Shown here piece by piece: positions 10,451 through 22,342 of a DNA stretch of 64,000 nucleotides. The translations under genes were made by a program, and so were the position numbers. The stretch lies in NCBI GenBank assembly GCA_027592325.1, contig JAQCKO010000004.1:192-64191 (forward strand), read 5' to 3'. Position 1 is the stretch's first letter, and each line of letters begins with the position of its first letter. The stretch comes from a bacterium (GTDB lineage: Bacteria; Patescibacteriota; Patescibacteriia; UBA9934). A model generated the notes under the pieces. The model was not told the origin of the DNA, searched no databases, and saw nothing but the letters and a program-made list of their open reading frames with translations.

Positions 10451-10620
10451 GGATTTTTGGTCTGTAATGAGATTAAATCACTAGCATTAATAAATTTGTT
10501 AGGATTTTTGCTCTTCTACAAGGAGAGTCGGCGAGCAGCGATGAGCCATACTGATACGTATGGTGAGAAGGAGCACGGCTGATCGACACAGTAGAAGAGT
10601 AAAAAGACAACAAATTTTGC
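10451..10620 (+). repeat. tRNA-leader repeat module, copy 3 (abuts tRNA-Gly)
   Basis: aggatttttggtctgtaatg...ggatttttgctcttctacaaggagagtcggcgagcagcgatgagccatactgata...gtaaaaagacaa matches copies 1 and 2. Confidence 0.5.
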
Positions 10621-10696
10621 GCGGGTATAGTATAGTGGCTTATTATGTCAGACTTCCAATCTGAAGATGAGGGTTCGATTCCCTCTACCCGCTCCA
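10621..10696 (+). tRNA. tRNA-Gly (TCC), CCA encoded
   Basis: GCGGGTATAGTATAGTGG ... anticodon loop cTTCCAa ... GGGTTCGATTCCC ... TACCCGCTCCA. Confidence 0.85.
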
Positions 10697-10730
10697 AAAA
10701 AACCACCTCGTAAGAGGTGGTTTTTTTGTT
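10697..10730 (+). terminator. rho-independent terminator after tRNA-Gly
   Basis: ccacctc-gtaa-gaggtgg followed by ttttttt. Confidence 0.75.
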
Positions 10731-10838
10731 TGAGCTAAAATAAAGAACCGCCCACCGAGAGAACATCGCCACATCGTCTCCCGATGAGGGTGGTTCTTGG
10801 TGAGCGGCACGAAGCCACAACCCCGCTTGAGAGGGGCG

Positions 10839-11261
10839 CTATGGAGCGAAACGAACCATCTCCTCTAACGTAGTCCCGAAAGCTTTGAAGATATTCTCAG
10901 GCTCTTCGTTACGATCGAACCCGGAATACTCGAAAGCCGCATCGAACGTCGCTCTCGAAGGCAACTCCCTCCCCGCAGCCGTTGCAGCTCTACACTTCGC
11001 AATCCAGACGATGCAAAGACGGCGGTTATGCTCATGGACGAGTTCCTCAATCTCTCCCCTGGACGTACCCAGTACATTCAGAGTCACTGAGAGATCACTC
11101 TCATCCACTTGAAGGAGCCTGTGAAACATATAGAAGGCATTTGGCATCGAGGGATACGCCAAACCGTTCGATTCTGACGTCCGCGTCCGCAGGGCCGCGA
11201 GTAGCAGAATTGCATCATCACGGGCTTTATCTAGTGCCGTCTTTTCAGTACTATCATCCAA
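10839..11261 (-). CDS. hypothetical protein in a moderately GC-rich segment next to tRNA-Gly
   Basis: 140-aa ORF, no recognisable family; about 54% GC. Confidence 0.35.
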   Translation of the reverse strand: MDDSTEKTALDKARDDAILLLAALRTRTSESNGLAYPSMPNAFYMFHRLLQVDESDLSVTLNVLGTSRGEIEELVHEHNRRLCIVWIAKCRAATAAGRELPSRATFDAAFEYSGFDRNEEPENIFKAFGTTLEEMVRFAP

Positions 11262-11683
11262 CTTTCACCTCATTGCTATGATGACATTTAATCATAGCAG
11301 ACAAAGGTCTTTTTGTCAAACAAAAAAACACCACCAACCACTTCTCGAACCACTGACTATGTACTGCCTATAAAGTGATTGAAGGTGTGAAGATTACAGA
11401 AGGCGATGCGGTTTCGATCACCGATACCGAGAATATCAATCTCCTCCTAAACGGCCGCGCGACTTTATTTGAGGTTGAGCTATAGAAAAACACGGCCCGA
11501 AGGACGTGGTCGATAGACGTGTGCCGTTGCTAGGCAAGCACTTGTGCGAGCCGGGGAATGAGCATCTTCGCAATGCCCTGCAGCTGGTCGAGACGCACTT
11601 CTTCGAGATCGACGAGTTCCGGCATTCCCTCTCCTCACCGATCGTACGGTGATGCGGAACAATAGCGGGTTGCAGCGCGAAAA

Positions 11684-12199
11684 TCAACCCCCGCAACCTA
11701 ATCCAATACATTTTGGATCGACGGCAGCATTTTTCTCTGCCCAGTACTCAAATTGCCAACAATTACGCGATTCATTCCATGGATTGCTCCCGCGCGTTTC
11801 GTATAAATACAGCCCCATATCGATATTCGTATAGTGGTCGAATTTTCTAAGGCCTTCTTTGAATTGTGGCGTTGTTGCCTCGGTTCCATCAATGATTTGA
11901 AAATACCCATAGGCTGATGACCCACGATTTTTCACCATGCGCCAGGTACTTTCACAAAAGACAATGGCATTCAAAAGGTCCAGGTCACAATTGTTTTCTG
12001 CACAATTGATCGCAAGATATTCCCGTGGTGTTGGCTCGTGAAGCGCCTGTACGCCCTCGGGAAAAAGAAGATAGCTAAACGAAATAGACATTGTCAGCGC
12101 AAAAAAGAACATAAAAACTGCAGAAACAAACAAAAACCCCCTATCCGTGAGAGTGATTTTTCGTGTGAGCCGTTTTGACGGTTTCCCCCGATGCTTCAT
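11684..12199 (-). CDS. membrane-anchored lytic transglycosylase (SLT domain)
   Basis: N-terminal TM helix then ESTWRMVKNRGSSAYGYFQI (the E-S ... G-L/Y-x-Q-I SLT catalytic motif). Confidence 0.6.
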   Translation of the reverse strand: MKHRGKPSKRLTRKITLTDRGFLFVSAVFMFFFALTMSISFSYLLFPEGVQALHEPTPREYLAINCAENNCDLDLLNAIVFCESTWRMVKNRGSSAYGYFQIIDGTEATTPQFKEGLRKFDHYTNIDMGLYLYETRGSNPWNESRNCWQFEYWAEKNAAVDPKCIGLGCGG

Positions 12200-12203
12200 G
12201 CGT

Positions 12204-12689
12204 CTATTTTACCCCAATTTGTGGCGACTGCGAACCGGTATATGCAATAGCAAGCGCATCGGCGGCATCATCAATACGAGGATTATGTTCAAGCTCGAAA
12301 ATACGACGTGTCATTTCTTGCATCTGCCGTTTATCAGCGCGTCCATGCCCGGTGACGGCCAGCTTTGCATGTGAGGGCTTCACTTCAACAATACCGAGCC
12401 CTGCTTTCCGGGCGAGCATGATCACAATTCCCCGAACGCCAGCCACTTTTAGGGCCGTTGTGGTGTTTTTTGCGAAGAACAGTTCTTCAATCGCCAAAAG
12501 ATCAGGCTTATACTTTTCGAGAATGTGCTCAATATCTGCTGCCAGCTCAACAAGACGATCAGCATGCTCATGATCTTTCAATGTCGTGATCACACCGTAA
12601 TCAATAGCGTTCAGACACGAATTGTCTACATCGATAACCGCAAACCCGCAACGACCATAACCTGGATCAATTCCGAAGATTCTCATCAT
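12204..12689 (-). CDS. ruvC: Holliday junction resolvase RuvC
   Basis: MMRIFGIDPGYGRCGFAVID... and RNase H-like fold motifs. Confidence 0.85.
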   Translation of the reverse strand: MMRIFGIDPGYGRCGFAVIDVDNSCLNAIDYGVITTLKDHEHADRLVELAADIEHILEKYKPDLLAIEELFFAKNTTTALKVAGVRGIVIMLARKAGLGIVEVKPSHAKLAVTGHGRADKRQMQEMTRRIFELEHNPRIDDAADALAIAYTGSQSPQIGVK

Positions 12690-12774
12690 ACCTTCATATT
12701 AACGTAATTTGTCACCCGTGCGAAGGCAGAGTCTAGCGTACTCTAAATTTCGATTCGATGGATTCTCCGGCGTA

Positions 12775-12850
12775 GCCACGGCAGAGCCGGGCAGGCCGGA
12801 CCACGCTCCGCCTTGGCTACCACCGCTTCGCAGGAATGACAAGTAACCAA
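12775..12850 (+). repeat. short GC-rich intergenic repeat (core GCTTCGCAGGAATGAC), copy 1
   Basis: gccgggcaggccggaccacgctccgccttggctaccaccgcttcgcaggaatgac is shared with 26640-26745; core shared with 30296-30320. Confidence 0.5.
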
Positions 12851-12957
12851 CGCTTCTAACGATTTCAACGTCTTCAACCTTTTCCTTAAATACTTGACGT
12901 TTTTGCCATAGAAAAAACGGCCGAAGCCGCTTTTTCTTCTGTACCTGTTGTCAGGTG

Positions 12958-15900
12958 TTACTCCTCACCTTCGGTAGGCTCTTCCCCTATTTGTGGTCCC
13001 TCTGCTTCAATTTCTGCATTCATATCAACATCTTCTTCATCCTCCTCTTCAAGGGCAGGTTCGTCGTCAGATGTGTCCTCTGGTGCATATATATCATCCT
13101 CCTCTTCAAGCTCAGCAAGACCTTCAATATAATTATCATCGAATCCTGTTCCCGCTGGAATAAGGCGCCCAATGATTACATTTTCCTTTAGACCACGCAG
13201 TTGGTCAATGCGTCCAGTGACCGCAGCATTAATGAGCACGCGCGCGGTTTCTTGGAATGACGCAGAACTGAGCCAGCTCTCCGTTGAAAGCGATACCTTG
13301 GTAATTCCAAGGAACATGTCTTCATATTCTGCTTGCTTGCCGCCTTCTGCTTTCACATGTTCTTGTTCATCAAGGAGGCTTGCGCGCTCAATGACTTCAC
13401 CCGGAAGGAAGCTTGAACCATTTGGCTCTGTCACGCGTACACGCGAGAACATTTGACGCGCAATGATTTCAATATGCTTACTATTGAGTTTTTGCCCCTG
13501 AGACGCGTACACTGTTTGAATTTCCTTCATGATGTACTGCTCCACAGCTTTACGTCCCTTGTGCTTGAAGAGCGCCTGAAGATCAATATGCCCTTCCGTA
13601 AGAACATCTCCTGCAAGCACCTGATCACCGTCCTTTACGTAAATCCCGTAACCCTGCGGGATAATATATTCACGCACTTTTGGCGCTGAATGCACAATGC
13701 TGACAATTGTCTTCGTTGCTTTCGCAACTTGACCGTCTACGTCAGAAAGAATTTTTTGCCCGCTGCTATTTTCCCCAAGGACATCTCCCTTCTTCACAGA
13801 ATCCCCTTCTTTCACGTTCAGCTTTCCGCCTCGGCCCATTGGGATCTTTACTTCATCGCTCGATTCATAGCGCACGCGAACAATCGTCTGACCTGCGCGA
13901 GTATCTTTCATTTCCTTACCGGTTCCAACTTGAACGATAGATCGCTCAGCACGTTCAACGGAAATCTGTCCCGATACTTCGGTCATGACGGCCTTTTGCT
14001 TTGGAATTCGTGCCTCGAAAAGTTCTTCCACACGTGGAAGACCTTGCGTAATGTCTTTTCCGGCAACTCCTCCCATGTGGAATGTACGCATGGTGAGCTG
14101 CGTTCCTGGTTCTCCAATCGACTGCGCGGCCATAATTCCAACTGCCGTTCCAAGCTTTACCTCTTTATTGTGCGCAAGGTCGTATCCATAACACATCTGA
14201 CAAATTCCGCGGTGCAGCTTACACGTTGTCACCGAGCGTACGTGCACTTCTTCAAGATCTTTTTTCGCAGCTGCGAGCTCGCGAATATGCTGCTCTACAA
14301 TGAGCTCCCCTGCCTTTACAACAACGGTACGCCCACCCGGCAGTTTAATGTCAGAAAGCACATGCCGTCCAAGAATACGAATGAGCAGCGGTTCTCCAAT
14401 TTCATCTGATTCTGCCTTCGTAAGCACAACACCTTCCCTGTCCTCACAGTCTTGCTTCAAAATGACAACATCTTGCGCAACATCGACAAGACGACGTGTG
14501 AGGTATCCAGCATTCGCGGTCTTTAGCGCCGTGTCGGTAAGACCTTTACGCGTACCGTGACTTGAGATGAAGAATTCAAGGACATCAACACCATCTTTAA
14601 ATGAAGACTTAACCGGAAGCTCAATTGTCTCTCCGCTTGGAGAAGCCTTAAGTCCGATCATTCCAATCATCTGTGTCATCTGACTCCAGCTACCACGCGC
14701 TTTTGATTCAATCATCGAATACGCAGATGTTCCTCGTGGGAGCGCATTCTTTGCAACTTCCGCAACACGATCTTTTATCTCAGCCCACACCTTAATAATT
14801 TGTGTGTGACGTTCTGAAGCGGTCAGAAGCCCTTGTGCAAAGTATGTTTCGATTTCCACCACACGTTTTTCTCCCTCTTGAATAATCGCGCGTTTCTCTG
14901 GAACGTCTGGAAGTTCGCTCATTCCCCATGAATATCCGGACTTTTCTGCATATTTAAATCCGAGTGTTTTCAAAGCGTCAAGCAGACCTGCAGCAAATTC
15001 CTGTCCATAAAATTCCAGCGCATCCTTCACAACAGCTGACAACTCGTTTCGCCCCATTACCGTATTTTGGAATGGAATTCGGTCAGGGAAGTGTTCGTTC
15101 AAAATCACACGTCCAACCGTTGTTGTTGTGAGCTTGCCCTCAATTGGAATCCGCATCCAGTCACGAAGACCAAGCTTTTGCATTTCAAGCGCATATTTCG
15201 CCTCTGTGACGGTTGAAAATGCTCGAAGCGTTTTTTCGTCTGGCTCTCCTTCGGTGTACGAAAGATAATACGCACCCCAAGCAATGTCTTTTCCTGGCGT
15301 TGCAACCGGACCTCCATGCGAAGGTTTCAGCAAGTTGCGAATAGAAAGCATGAGTTCATTCGCTTCCCGTTTTGCTTCCTCTGTGAGCGGAACGTGAACG
15401 GCCATTTGGTCACCGTCAAAGTCCGCATTGTACGCATCGCAAACAAGCGGGTGAATTTTAATCGCCTTTCCTTCAACGAGCTTTGGACGGAATGCCTGAA
15501 TACCAAGGCGGTGAAGCGTTGGAGCACGATTCAAAAGCACATATGCTCCTTCAATCACCTCTTCTAAGATATCCCAAACTTCTCCGCGATCAGATTCAAT
15601 GAACTTATTCGCAGAACGTATGTTGTGCACATACTCGCGCGAAATCAGCTTAGAAATCACAAATGGACGGAATAGCTCGAGCGCCATTTTTTTCGGTATA
15701 CCACATTCATCTAATTTAAGATGCGGTCCAACCACGATCACGGAACGCCCAGAGTAGTCAATACGCTTTCCAAGCAAATTTTGACGGAATCGTCCCTGCT
15801 TCCCTTTCAAAATATCTGCAAGTGACTTCAACTGACGCTTTTTCCCTGTCGCAGCTATCACCGTTTTTGATCGTCGCGCAGAGTTATCAATAAGCGAATC

Positions 15901-17013
15901 AACCGCTTCTTGCAACATGCGCTTTTCGTTTCGAGTAATTACCTCAGGCGCATTGAGCGCATGAAGACGCTTCAAACGATTGTTTCGGTTAATAACACGT
16001 CGATAGAGATCGTTGAGGTCGCTTGTCGCAAACCGTCCTCCATCAAGCGGCACCATTGGACGCAAATCAGCCGGAATAACCGGAATAGCACGTAGCACCA
16101 TCCATTCCGGATCAATGCTATTCTTCTTGAGTGACCGCAACAACTTCAAACGGCGTACATAACGATCATACTTCGTTTTAGAACGTGTTGTTTCGATTTC
16201 CTCTTCAACTTGTTTAATCGTTTCCTCAAGATTAACACGCTTCAGCAATTTAAGAATTGCTTCAGCTCCAATACCTGCATCAAAGATATGCCCAAACTTA
16301 ATCGTCCAATCATGATACGTCGTTTCAGGGATAATCTTCATGACAGCAATTTCCTTGAGGTCTTTCTCGACGCCTAGGAAATCTGCCTCAAGTTCTTCAA
16401 GTTTCTCTTCCGTTACCTTCTCAACGCGCGCAATTTCATCTTTGAGAGTCTTTGCATCATCTGCAAACTTTTGCTCAAGACGACTGATATCACGTTTTTT
16501 CTCGCCGTCGATCATTTTCTTTTTCGACTTGTATTCGGCACGCACCTGTTCAAGGGTTTGCTCACGGGCTTCTTCGTTCACATCGGTCACAATGAAACTA
16601 GAGAAATAAATAACCTTTTCAAGTGACTGCACGCCAACATCTAGAACCGTTCCAATTTTTGATGGAACACCTCGTAGAAACCAAATATGCGTTGTAGGTG
16701 CGGCAAGTTCAATATGCGCCATGCGTTCACGACGAACCACTGCCTGTGTGACTTCTACACCACATTTGTCACAAACAATCCCCTTGTACCGAATCTTTTT
16801 GTATTTTCCGCAATAACATTCCCAATCTTTTGACGGTCCGAATATTTCTTCAGCAAAAAGACCGTGCTTTTCTGGCTTTTGCGTTCGATAATTGATCGTT
16901 TCAGGCTTCGTTACCTCGCCATGAGACCATCCACGAATGATATCAGGAGAAGCAAGACGCAGCCGAATGGCATCAAAGTCTGTAGCCTTGAGGGTGTTGA
17001 TCTTATATGCCAT
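12958..17013 (-). CDS. rpoC: DNA-directed RNA polymerase subunit beta-prime with acidic C-terminal tail
   Basis: 1351 aa; zinc-binding CxxC motifs, NADFDGD catalytic loop, trigger loop and bridge helix regions. Confidence 0.95.
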   Translation of the reverse strand: MAYKINTLKATDFDAIRLRLASPDIIRGWSHGEVTKPETINYRTQKPEKHGLFAEEIFGPSKDWECYCGKYKKIRYKGIVCDKCGVEVTQAVVRRERMAHIELAAPTTHIWFLRGVPSKIGTVLDVGVQSLEKVIYFSSFIVTDVNEEAREQTLEQVRAEYKSKKKMIDGEKKRDISRLEQKFADDAKTLKDEIARVEKVTEEKLEELEADFLGVEKDLKEIAVMKIIPETTYHDWTIKFGHIFDAGIGAEAILKLLKRVNLEETIKQVEEEIETTRSKTKYDRYVRRLKLLRSLKKNSIDPEWMVLRAIPVIPADLRPMVPLDGGRFATSDLNDLYRRVINRNNRLKRLHALNAPEVITRNEKRMLQEAVDSLIDNSARRSKTVIAATGKKRQLKSLADILKGKQGRFRQNLLGKRIDYSGRSVIVVGPHLKLDECGIPKKMALELFRPFVISKLISREYVHNIRSANKFIESDRGEVWDILEEVIEGAYVLLNRAPTLHRLGIQAFRPKLVEGKAIKIHPLVCDAYNADFDGDQMAVHVPLTEEAKREANELMLSIRNLLKPSHGGPVATPGKDIAWGAYYLSYTEGEPDEKTLRAFSTVTEAKYALEMQKLGLRDWMRIPIEGKLTTTTVGRVILNEHFPDRIPFQNTVMGRNELSAVVKDALEFYGQEFAAGLLDALKTLGFKYAEKSGYSWGMSELPDVPEKRAIIQEGEKRVVEIETYFAQGLLTASERHTQIIKVWAEIKDRVAEVAKNALPRGTSAYSMIESKARGSWSQMTQMIGMIGLKASPSGETIELPVKSSFKDGVDVLEFFISSHGTRKGLTDTALKTANAGYLTRRLVDVAQDVVILKQDCEDREGVVLTKAESDEIGEPLLIRILGRHVLSDIKLPGGRTVVVKAGELIVEQHIRELAAAKKDLEEVHVRSVTTCKLHRGICQMCYGYDLAHNKEVKLGTAVGIMAAQSIGEPGTQLTMRTFHMGGVAGKDITQGLPRVEELFEARIPKQKAVMTEVSGQISVERAERSIVQVGTGKEMKDTRAGQTIVRVRYESSDEVKIPMGRGGKLNVKEGDSVKKGDVLGENSSGQKILSDVDGQVAKATKTIVSIVHSAPKVREYIIPQGYGIYVKDGDQVLAGDVLTEGHIDLQALFKHKGRKAVEQYIMKEIQTVYASQGQKLNSKHIEIIARQMFSRVRVTEPNGSSFLPGEVIERASLLDEQEHVKAEGGKQAEYEDMFLGITKVSLSTESWLSSASFQETARVLINAAVTGRIDQLRGLKENVIIGRLIPAGTGFDDNYIEGLAELEEEDDIYAPEDTSDDEPALEEEDEEDVDMNAEIEAEGPQIGEEPTEGEE

Positions 17014-17018
17014 AGGAA

Positions 17019-20000
17019 TTAGTTACGATCTCCGTCCATATCGACGGTTTTTCCATTTTTTAAGAGTTCAACGTCAAGTCCCAACCCCTTCATTTCACGA
17101 ACAAGAACATTGAATGATTCCGGAATATTCACTTTTTGAATCTTTTGATCCTTGATGATTGACTCATACGCCTTCGATCGCCCTGGTACATCGTCTGATT
17201 TGATGGTGAGGACTTCTTGAAGTGTATGCGCGGCACCGTATGCCTCAAGCGCCCAAACTTCCATTTCTCCAAACCGCTGTCCACCAAATTGTGCCTTTCC
17301 TCCGAGCGGCTGTTGAGTGATGAGTGAGTATGGCCCAATTGATCGTTGGTGCATCTTGTCTTCGACCATATGGTTCAATTTGATCATGTACATAATTCCA
17401 ACCGTGACATTGTGATCGTAAGCATCACCAGTGCGTCCATCAAGGAGAGTGAGCTGACCTGTCTTACTGTACCCAGCCGCCTGAAGCTCATCACGAATTT
17501 CTTCCTCTGAAACTCCTGCAAATACCGGTGTTGCAACATTGTAGCCGAGCTTCTCTGCGGCAAGTCCAAGATGCACCTCAAGAATTTGTCCAAGGTTCAT
17601 ACGTGACACAACTCCAAGCGGAGTAAGAATGACGTCAACAACGCGTCCATCTTTTGTGAACGGCATATCTTCAATCGGTACCACACGAGAAACAACACCT
17701 TTGTTTCCATGACGTCCAGCAACCTTGTCACCGGCTTGCATTTTACGAAGATCAGCTACGGTTACCTGAATCGACTTAATAACACCTGGTGAGAGATCAT
17801 CTCCCTCTTCACGAGAAAAGATTTTCACATCAATAACCTTCCCCTTATTTCCATGCTGCATGTAGAGCGACGTATCACGAACATCGCGCGCCTTGTCTCC
17901 GAAAATTGCGCGAAGCAATTTTTCTTCTGCAGAAAGTTCAGTCTCTCCTTTTGGCGTAATCTTCCCAACAAGAATATCGCCTGACTGCACCTCAGCCCCA
18001 ATGCGGATGATTCCCTCGGCGTCTAGGTTCTTCAGTTTTTCTTCTGACACATTCGGAATATCTGATGTCACAACTTCTGGTCCAAGTTTTGTGTCGCGAA
18101 TATCGATGGTGAGATCTTCAAGATGAACTGTTGTGAAACGATCATCCTGAACAATGCGCTCAGAAATAATCACCGCATCTTCATAGTTGTACCCATCCCA
18201 GCTCATAAAGGCAACGAGCATGTTTTGGCCAAGCGCTAGTTCACCTTTGCTTACCGATGGACCGTCTGCAAGTACATCCCCTTTTGAAACCTTCATTCCA
18301 ACATCGGCAACAGGGCGCTGATTAATCGAAGTCGAACTGTTTGAACGCACGAATTTATTAAGCCGATAGCTTTTTTCTCCAGCCTTTTTATACCGAATAT
18401 CTACGCGATTTCCGTCAACATACGTCACCTCACCTTCTTCCTCTGCAACGAGAACATGTCCTGAGTCGACAGCGGCGCGCCGTTCCATGCCGGTTCCAAC
18501 GATTGGTGCCTCTGGGCGAATACATGGAACTGCTTGGCGCTGCATGTTTGAACCCATCAGCGCGCGTGTCGCGTCATCGTGCTCAAGGAATGGAATCAAC
18601 GCTGTTCCAATCGAGACAATTTGATTGCTCGCAACGTCCATGTATTCAACCTGCACCGCGGGTGTTGTTTTTGCTTCTCCATACACACGGGCTTCAATCA
18701 TTTCATGAACAATAAACCCTTCTGCATCGACTTTCACGGTTGCCGGACAGGTCACGGTCTTTTCTTCCTTAAAGGCATTCAAATAACGAATATCATCTGT
18801 GACGCGCATCCTTCCACCTTCATTCACCACCGTTCTATACGGCGTTTCAATAAATCCATACTTATTAATGCGTGCGTAACTTGCAAGCTGACCAACGAGT
18901 CCAATATTCGGTCCTTCTGGTGTTTGAATCGGACAAATGCGGCCATAATGCGTTGTATGAACGTCACGGACCTCAAAGCCAGCACGTTCACGCGAAAGCC
19001 CTCCTTGCCCCATCGCAGAGAGTCGGCGCTTGTGTTCGAGTTCAGAAAGCGGATTAGTTTGATCCATGAATTGTGAAAGCTGCGACGACATGAAAAATTC
19101 ACGCGTTGCTCCAATCACAGGACGGGCATTAATAAGTTTCCCTGGTGTAAGACTGTCAATGTCATGCGTTGACATGCGGTCACGAATAATGCGCTCCATC
19201 CGAGCGAGTCCAATGCGGAATCGTCCCTGAATAAGCTCTCCAACCGCACGAACACGACGATTTCCAAGGTGATCTACATCATCTGGTTCGTCCTGATGAA
19301 TATTCAGCCGAATGACCTCACGGATAATTTTCACCAAATCTTCTTTTGAGAGAATACGATTCTGTTCATCTGCTGCCCCTTCTTCAGGTTGTTCCTCATG
19401 GAAACGTAAATTGAACTTATAACGACCGACTGATCCTAAATCATAACGATCGAAGTTGAAAAACATCGAATGAATAAGTTGTTTTGCATTGTCCGCGGTA
19501 GCAAGGTCACCTGGACGAATACGCTTATAGACTTCTTTCAATCCTTCTTCCTCGTTTGTCGATGCATCTTTCGCAATCGTTGATTCAATGTACCGATTCA
19601 TTGGATGCGTATCGATGTCAGCAAAGAGCGCTAAAATCTCTTCATCGGTTGTGTAGCCGAATGCACGAAGCAATGCGGTCACAGCAACTTTTCGCTTTCG
19701 ATCAATTTTAACCCAGATGACATTTTTTGCATCTGTTTCAAATTCAAGCCAAGCACCACGATTTGGAATGATTTTTGCACCGTAATAACGGCGTCCGCGA
19801 ATAACTTCAGCACTGAAGAATGCTCCAGCTGATCGCACAAGCTGCGAGACAATAACACGTTCAACACCATTGATAATGAATGTCCCTCGGTCGGTCATGA
19901 CAGGCAGATCGCCAAGAAAAATCTCTTGTTCTTTTACCTCTCCAGTACGTAAATTTTTAAGAGCTGCCTTCGCGCGTAGAGGCGCTTCGTAGGTGACATT

Positions 20001-20240
20001 TTTTTCTTTTGACGTAATTTCGTCAAATTTCGGTTCATCGAGGAAATGCTCTCGAAACTCAAGTTCTAAATCACGCCCGATGAAGTCCTTCACAGGGGAA
20101 ATTTCATTGAATAGTTCTATAATACCATCGCGCAAAAACCAGTCATATGATGACTTTTGCACCTCAATAAGGTCAGGAAGGTCCATTGCGGGTCGCAGGT
20201 CAGTAAAGTACTTGCGCTCACTTATTTGATGTTTCGCCAT
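17019..20240 (-). CDS. rpoB: DNA-directed RNA polymerase subunit beta
   Basis: 1073 aa with conserved beta-subunit blocks (rifampicin cluster region, C-terminal active-site region); immediately upstream of rpoC. Confidence 0.95.
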   Translation of the reverse strand: MAKHQISERKYFTDLRPAMDLPDLIEVQKSSYDWFLRDGIIELFNEISPVKDFIGRDLELEFREHFLDEPKFDEITSKEKNVTYEAPLRAKAALKNLRTGEVKEQEIFLGDLPVMTDRGTFIINGVERVIVSQLVRSAGAFFSAEVIRGRRYYGAKIIPNRGAWLEFETDAKNVIWVKIDRKRKVAVTALLRAFGYTTDEEILALFADIDTHPMNRYIESTIAKDASTNEEEGLKEVYKRIRPGDLATADNAKQLIHSMFFNFDRYDLGSVGRYKFNLRFHEEQPEEGAADEQNRILSKEDLVKIIREVIRLNIHQDEPDDVDHLGNRRVRAVGELIQGRFRIGLARMERIIRDRMSTHDIDSLTPGKLINARPVIGATREFFMSSQLSQFMDQTNPLSELEHKRRLSAMGQGGLSRERAGFEVRDVHTTHYGRICPIQTPEGPNIGLVGQLASYARINKYGFIETPYRTVVNEGGRMRVTDDIRYLNAFKEEKTVTCPATVKVDAEGFIVHEMIEARVYGEAKTTPAVQVEYMDVASNQIVSIGTALIPFLEHDDATRALMGSNMQRQAVPCIRPEAPIVGTGMERRAAVDSGHVLVAEEEGEVTYVDGNRVDIRYKKAGEKSYRLNKFVRSNSSTSINQRPVADVGMKVSKGDVLADGPSVSKGELALGQNMLVAFMSWDGYNYEDAVIISERIVQDDRFTTVHLEDLTIDIRDTKLGPEVVTSDIPNVSEEKLKNLDAEGIIRIGAEVQSGDILVGKITPKGETELSAEEKLLRAIFGDKARDVRDTSLYMQHGNKGKVIDVKIFSREEGDDLSPGVIKSIQVTVADLRKMQAGDKVAGRHGNKGVVSRVVPIEDMPFTKDGRVVDVILTPLGVVSRMNLGQILEVHLGLAAEKLGYNVATPVFAGVSEEEIRDELQAAGYSKTGQLTLLDGRTGDAYDHNVTVGIMYMIKLNHMVEDKMHQRSIGPYSLITQQPLGGKAQFGGQRFGEMEVWALEAYGAAHTLQEVLTIKSDDVPGRSKAYESIIKDQKIQKVNIPESFNVLVREMKGLGLDVELLKNGKTVDMDGDRN

Positions 20241-20475
20241 AGTAAAGAGATAGAAGTTAGACCCTAAACGAAAAACAACCTTGATTGCTCAAGGAGGCGA
20301 TAATTACTTATTGCGCGGAAACGGAGCGTCCATTGCGTCGCAGCCTACGAGCGCAAGAGATCGCCGATGTGCTGATATGATCAGCATGTTTTTCGCTAAT
20401 CTTCGTTAAGTATATACACTGAGCCTCAGTATATATATGAACTCGAACCAAGAGCCGGGCGGTCAAGTTAACGGG

Positions 20476-20504
20476 ATTATACAAAAACCACAGCAAACCG
20501 TCAA
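20476..20504 (-). promoter_or_regulatory. sigma70-like promoter for rpoBC (TTGACG-17-TATAAT on the minus strand)
   Basis: Minus-strand ttgacg gtttgctgtggtttttg tataat; leaves a leader of about 230 nt containing a perfect 17-bp palindrome tgctgatatgatcagca (about 20372-20390). Confidence 0.55.
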
Positions 20505-20575
20505 TAGGGACGACTTCTGCAGGAGAACGAGTCACCGCTCCTCATTCTCCTGCAAGTACATCGACAAAGTCGTAT

Positions 20576-21577
20576 TTAGCGAGCCTTAACAGCTTTTTCA
20601 GTTTCCTTTCGTAATTTTTCCAAAAATTTTGGGTTCTCTTTCAGATACGCCTTTGCTTTTTCGCGTCCAACACCTAATTTTTCTTCTCCCGCCGTGTAGC
20701 TATTCCCACTTTTTTGAATAGTCCCCATTTCAACTCCGAGCTCAAGCAAATCACCAGCGATAGAAATGCCTTCATTGTACATGATATCAAATTCACACTG
20801 CTGGAAAGGTGGGGCAACCTTGTTTTTCACAATTTTAACTTTTACACGATTTCCAATAATACTTTCACCCTGTTTGATTTGTGCCGAACGACGTACTTCA
20901 ATGCGCACAGATGAATAAAATTTTAGCGCATTTCCACCGGTTGTTGTCTCCGGATTTCCAAACATCACACCAATCTTCATGCGAATTTGGTTGATGAAAA
21001 TCACCGTCGTACCCGATTTGCTCACAATCCCTGTCAGCTTACGAAGTGCCTGACTCATAAGTCGCGCTTGAAGCCCCATGTGACTCGCGCCCATATCACC
21101 TTCGATTTCTGCTTTCGGTGTAAGAGCGGCAACAGAATCGATGACTATGACATCAACAGCATTCGATCGCACAAGCGTTTCAACAATTTCAAGCGCTTGC
21201 TCTCCTGTATCTGGTTGTGAGATGAACAATTCCTCAGTATTTACGCCGATTTTCTCTGCATAATCAGGGTCAAGTGCATGCTCAGCGTCCACGAAAGCAG
21301 CAACGCCACCAATTTTTTGCACTTCCGCAACAATATGCTGCGCAAGTGTGGTTTTTCCTGATGATTCTGGTCCGTAGATCTCAATAATACGTCCGCGGGG
21401 AACGCCGCCAACTCCAAGTGCAAGGTCGAGAGACAGGCATCCGGTTGGAATCGCATCAACGGCCATTGCCTTTGCCTCGCCAAGGCGCATTATCGATCCT
21501 TCGCCGAACCTTTGCTTAATCTGGTTCATTGCCTCAGCAGCTGCTTGAAGCTTTGCGTTCTGGTCTGTTTTTGCCAT
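20576..21577 (-). CDS. recA: recombinase RecA
   Basis: [34 protein letters not shown]... GPESSGKTT Walker A; ORF-track ORF extended 11 codons upstream. Confidence 0.95.
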   Translation of the reverse strand: MAKTDQNAKLQAAAEAMNQIKQRFGEGSIMRLGEAKAMAVDAIPTGCLSLDLALGVGGVPRGRIIEIYGPESSGKTTLAQHIVAEVQKIGGVAAFVDAEHALDPDYAEKIGVNTEELFISQPDTGEQALEIVETLVRSNAVDVIVIDSVAALTPKAEIEGDMGASHMGLQARLMSQALRKLTGIVSKSGTTVIFINQIRMKIGVMFGNPETTTGGNALKFYSSVRIEVRRSAQIKQGESIIGNRVKVKIVKNKVAPPFQQCEFDIMYNEGISIAGDLLELGVEMGTIQKSGNSYTAGEEKLGVGREKAKAYLKENPKFLEKLRKETEKAVKAR

Positions 21578-21614
21578 AGAAATAAAAAAGAGTGCTAAAA
21601 AGACCTCCACAGTT

Positions 21615-22337
21615 CTAGTTTACATGTAAAGTGGTGGTGTGATCAAAGTGGTTAACCACAGTTGAGCTAGGTTGGTAATCAACGTAGCGCGTATCCTCTG
21701 CACTTTTTGAATACGGACGCTTTGCAATGATATGCACTTTATTCACCCCCAAATGAAGCGGTACCGTAACTGAAAAGCTTCCATCCTCTTCTAAAACTGC
21801 ACGGTCATCATTTACAAAGACTTCCGATTCACTTGAAACACGTCCTGATGCTGTAAGAACACCAGATTGTGTTTCAAAGTACGGGAGCGGCGCATACACA
21901 ATAAGCTCAGGCGCTCGCGTGAGCCGGACAATATGCACGCCAAGAAATATCAGCATTGTCGTAGCGATAAGAAAAAACGCCCCCATCTTTCTAAACTGTG
22001 ACACAGCCAAAAATTGAAGAATTGATTGACGTTGGCGAGGAGCTTGATGCGGCGCGACAAGATCGCAAATACCACATTCTTCGTCATATAATTCTAAAAA
22101 GTACGTGCTATCCGCTCCGAGCTCACGCGCATATGCTGTGATAAATTTTCGTATATACAGGCCATCTGGAAGTAATTCATACTGCCCTTTTTCAAGTGCT
22201 TCCAAGTATGATTTACGAATATGCGTGCGGCGCGAAAGCATATCAATGCTCACCGAATGCGTTCTTCTGAGAGCAAGCAACTGCTGACCGAGCGTTTCGG
22301 GCGCTGAATCACTCAATTTTCGCATGACAAAAACCAT
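21615..22337 (-). CDS. HTH (XRE-family) membrane protein, RodZ-like
   Basis: N-terminal helix-turn-helix ([34 protein letters not shown]), one TM segment and an extracytoplasmic C-terminal domain. Confidence 0.55.
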   Translation of the reverse strand: MVFVMRKLSDSAPETLGQQLLALRRTHSVSIDMLSRRTHIRKSYLEALEKGQYELLPDGLYIRKFITAYARELGADSTYFLELYDEECGICDLVAPHQAPRQRQSILQFLAVSQFRKMGAFFLIATTMLIFLGVHIVRLTRAPELIVYAPLPYFETQSGVLTASGRVSSESEVFVNDDRAVLEEDGSFSVTVPLHLGVNKVHIIAKRPYSKSAEDTRYVDYQPSSTVVNHFDHTTTLHVN

Positions 22338-22342
22338 ACGTG

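Noticed and set aside
13690-14409. 239-aa plus-strand ORF (and several others of 60-100 aa) antisense to rpoC
   Set aside because: Embedded in the conserved rpoC coding sequence on the opposite strand. Low-complexity, His/Arg/Ser-rich. Antisense frame artefact.
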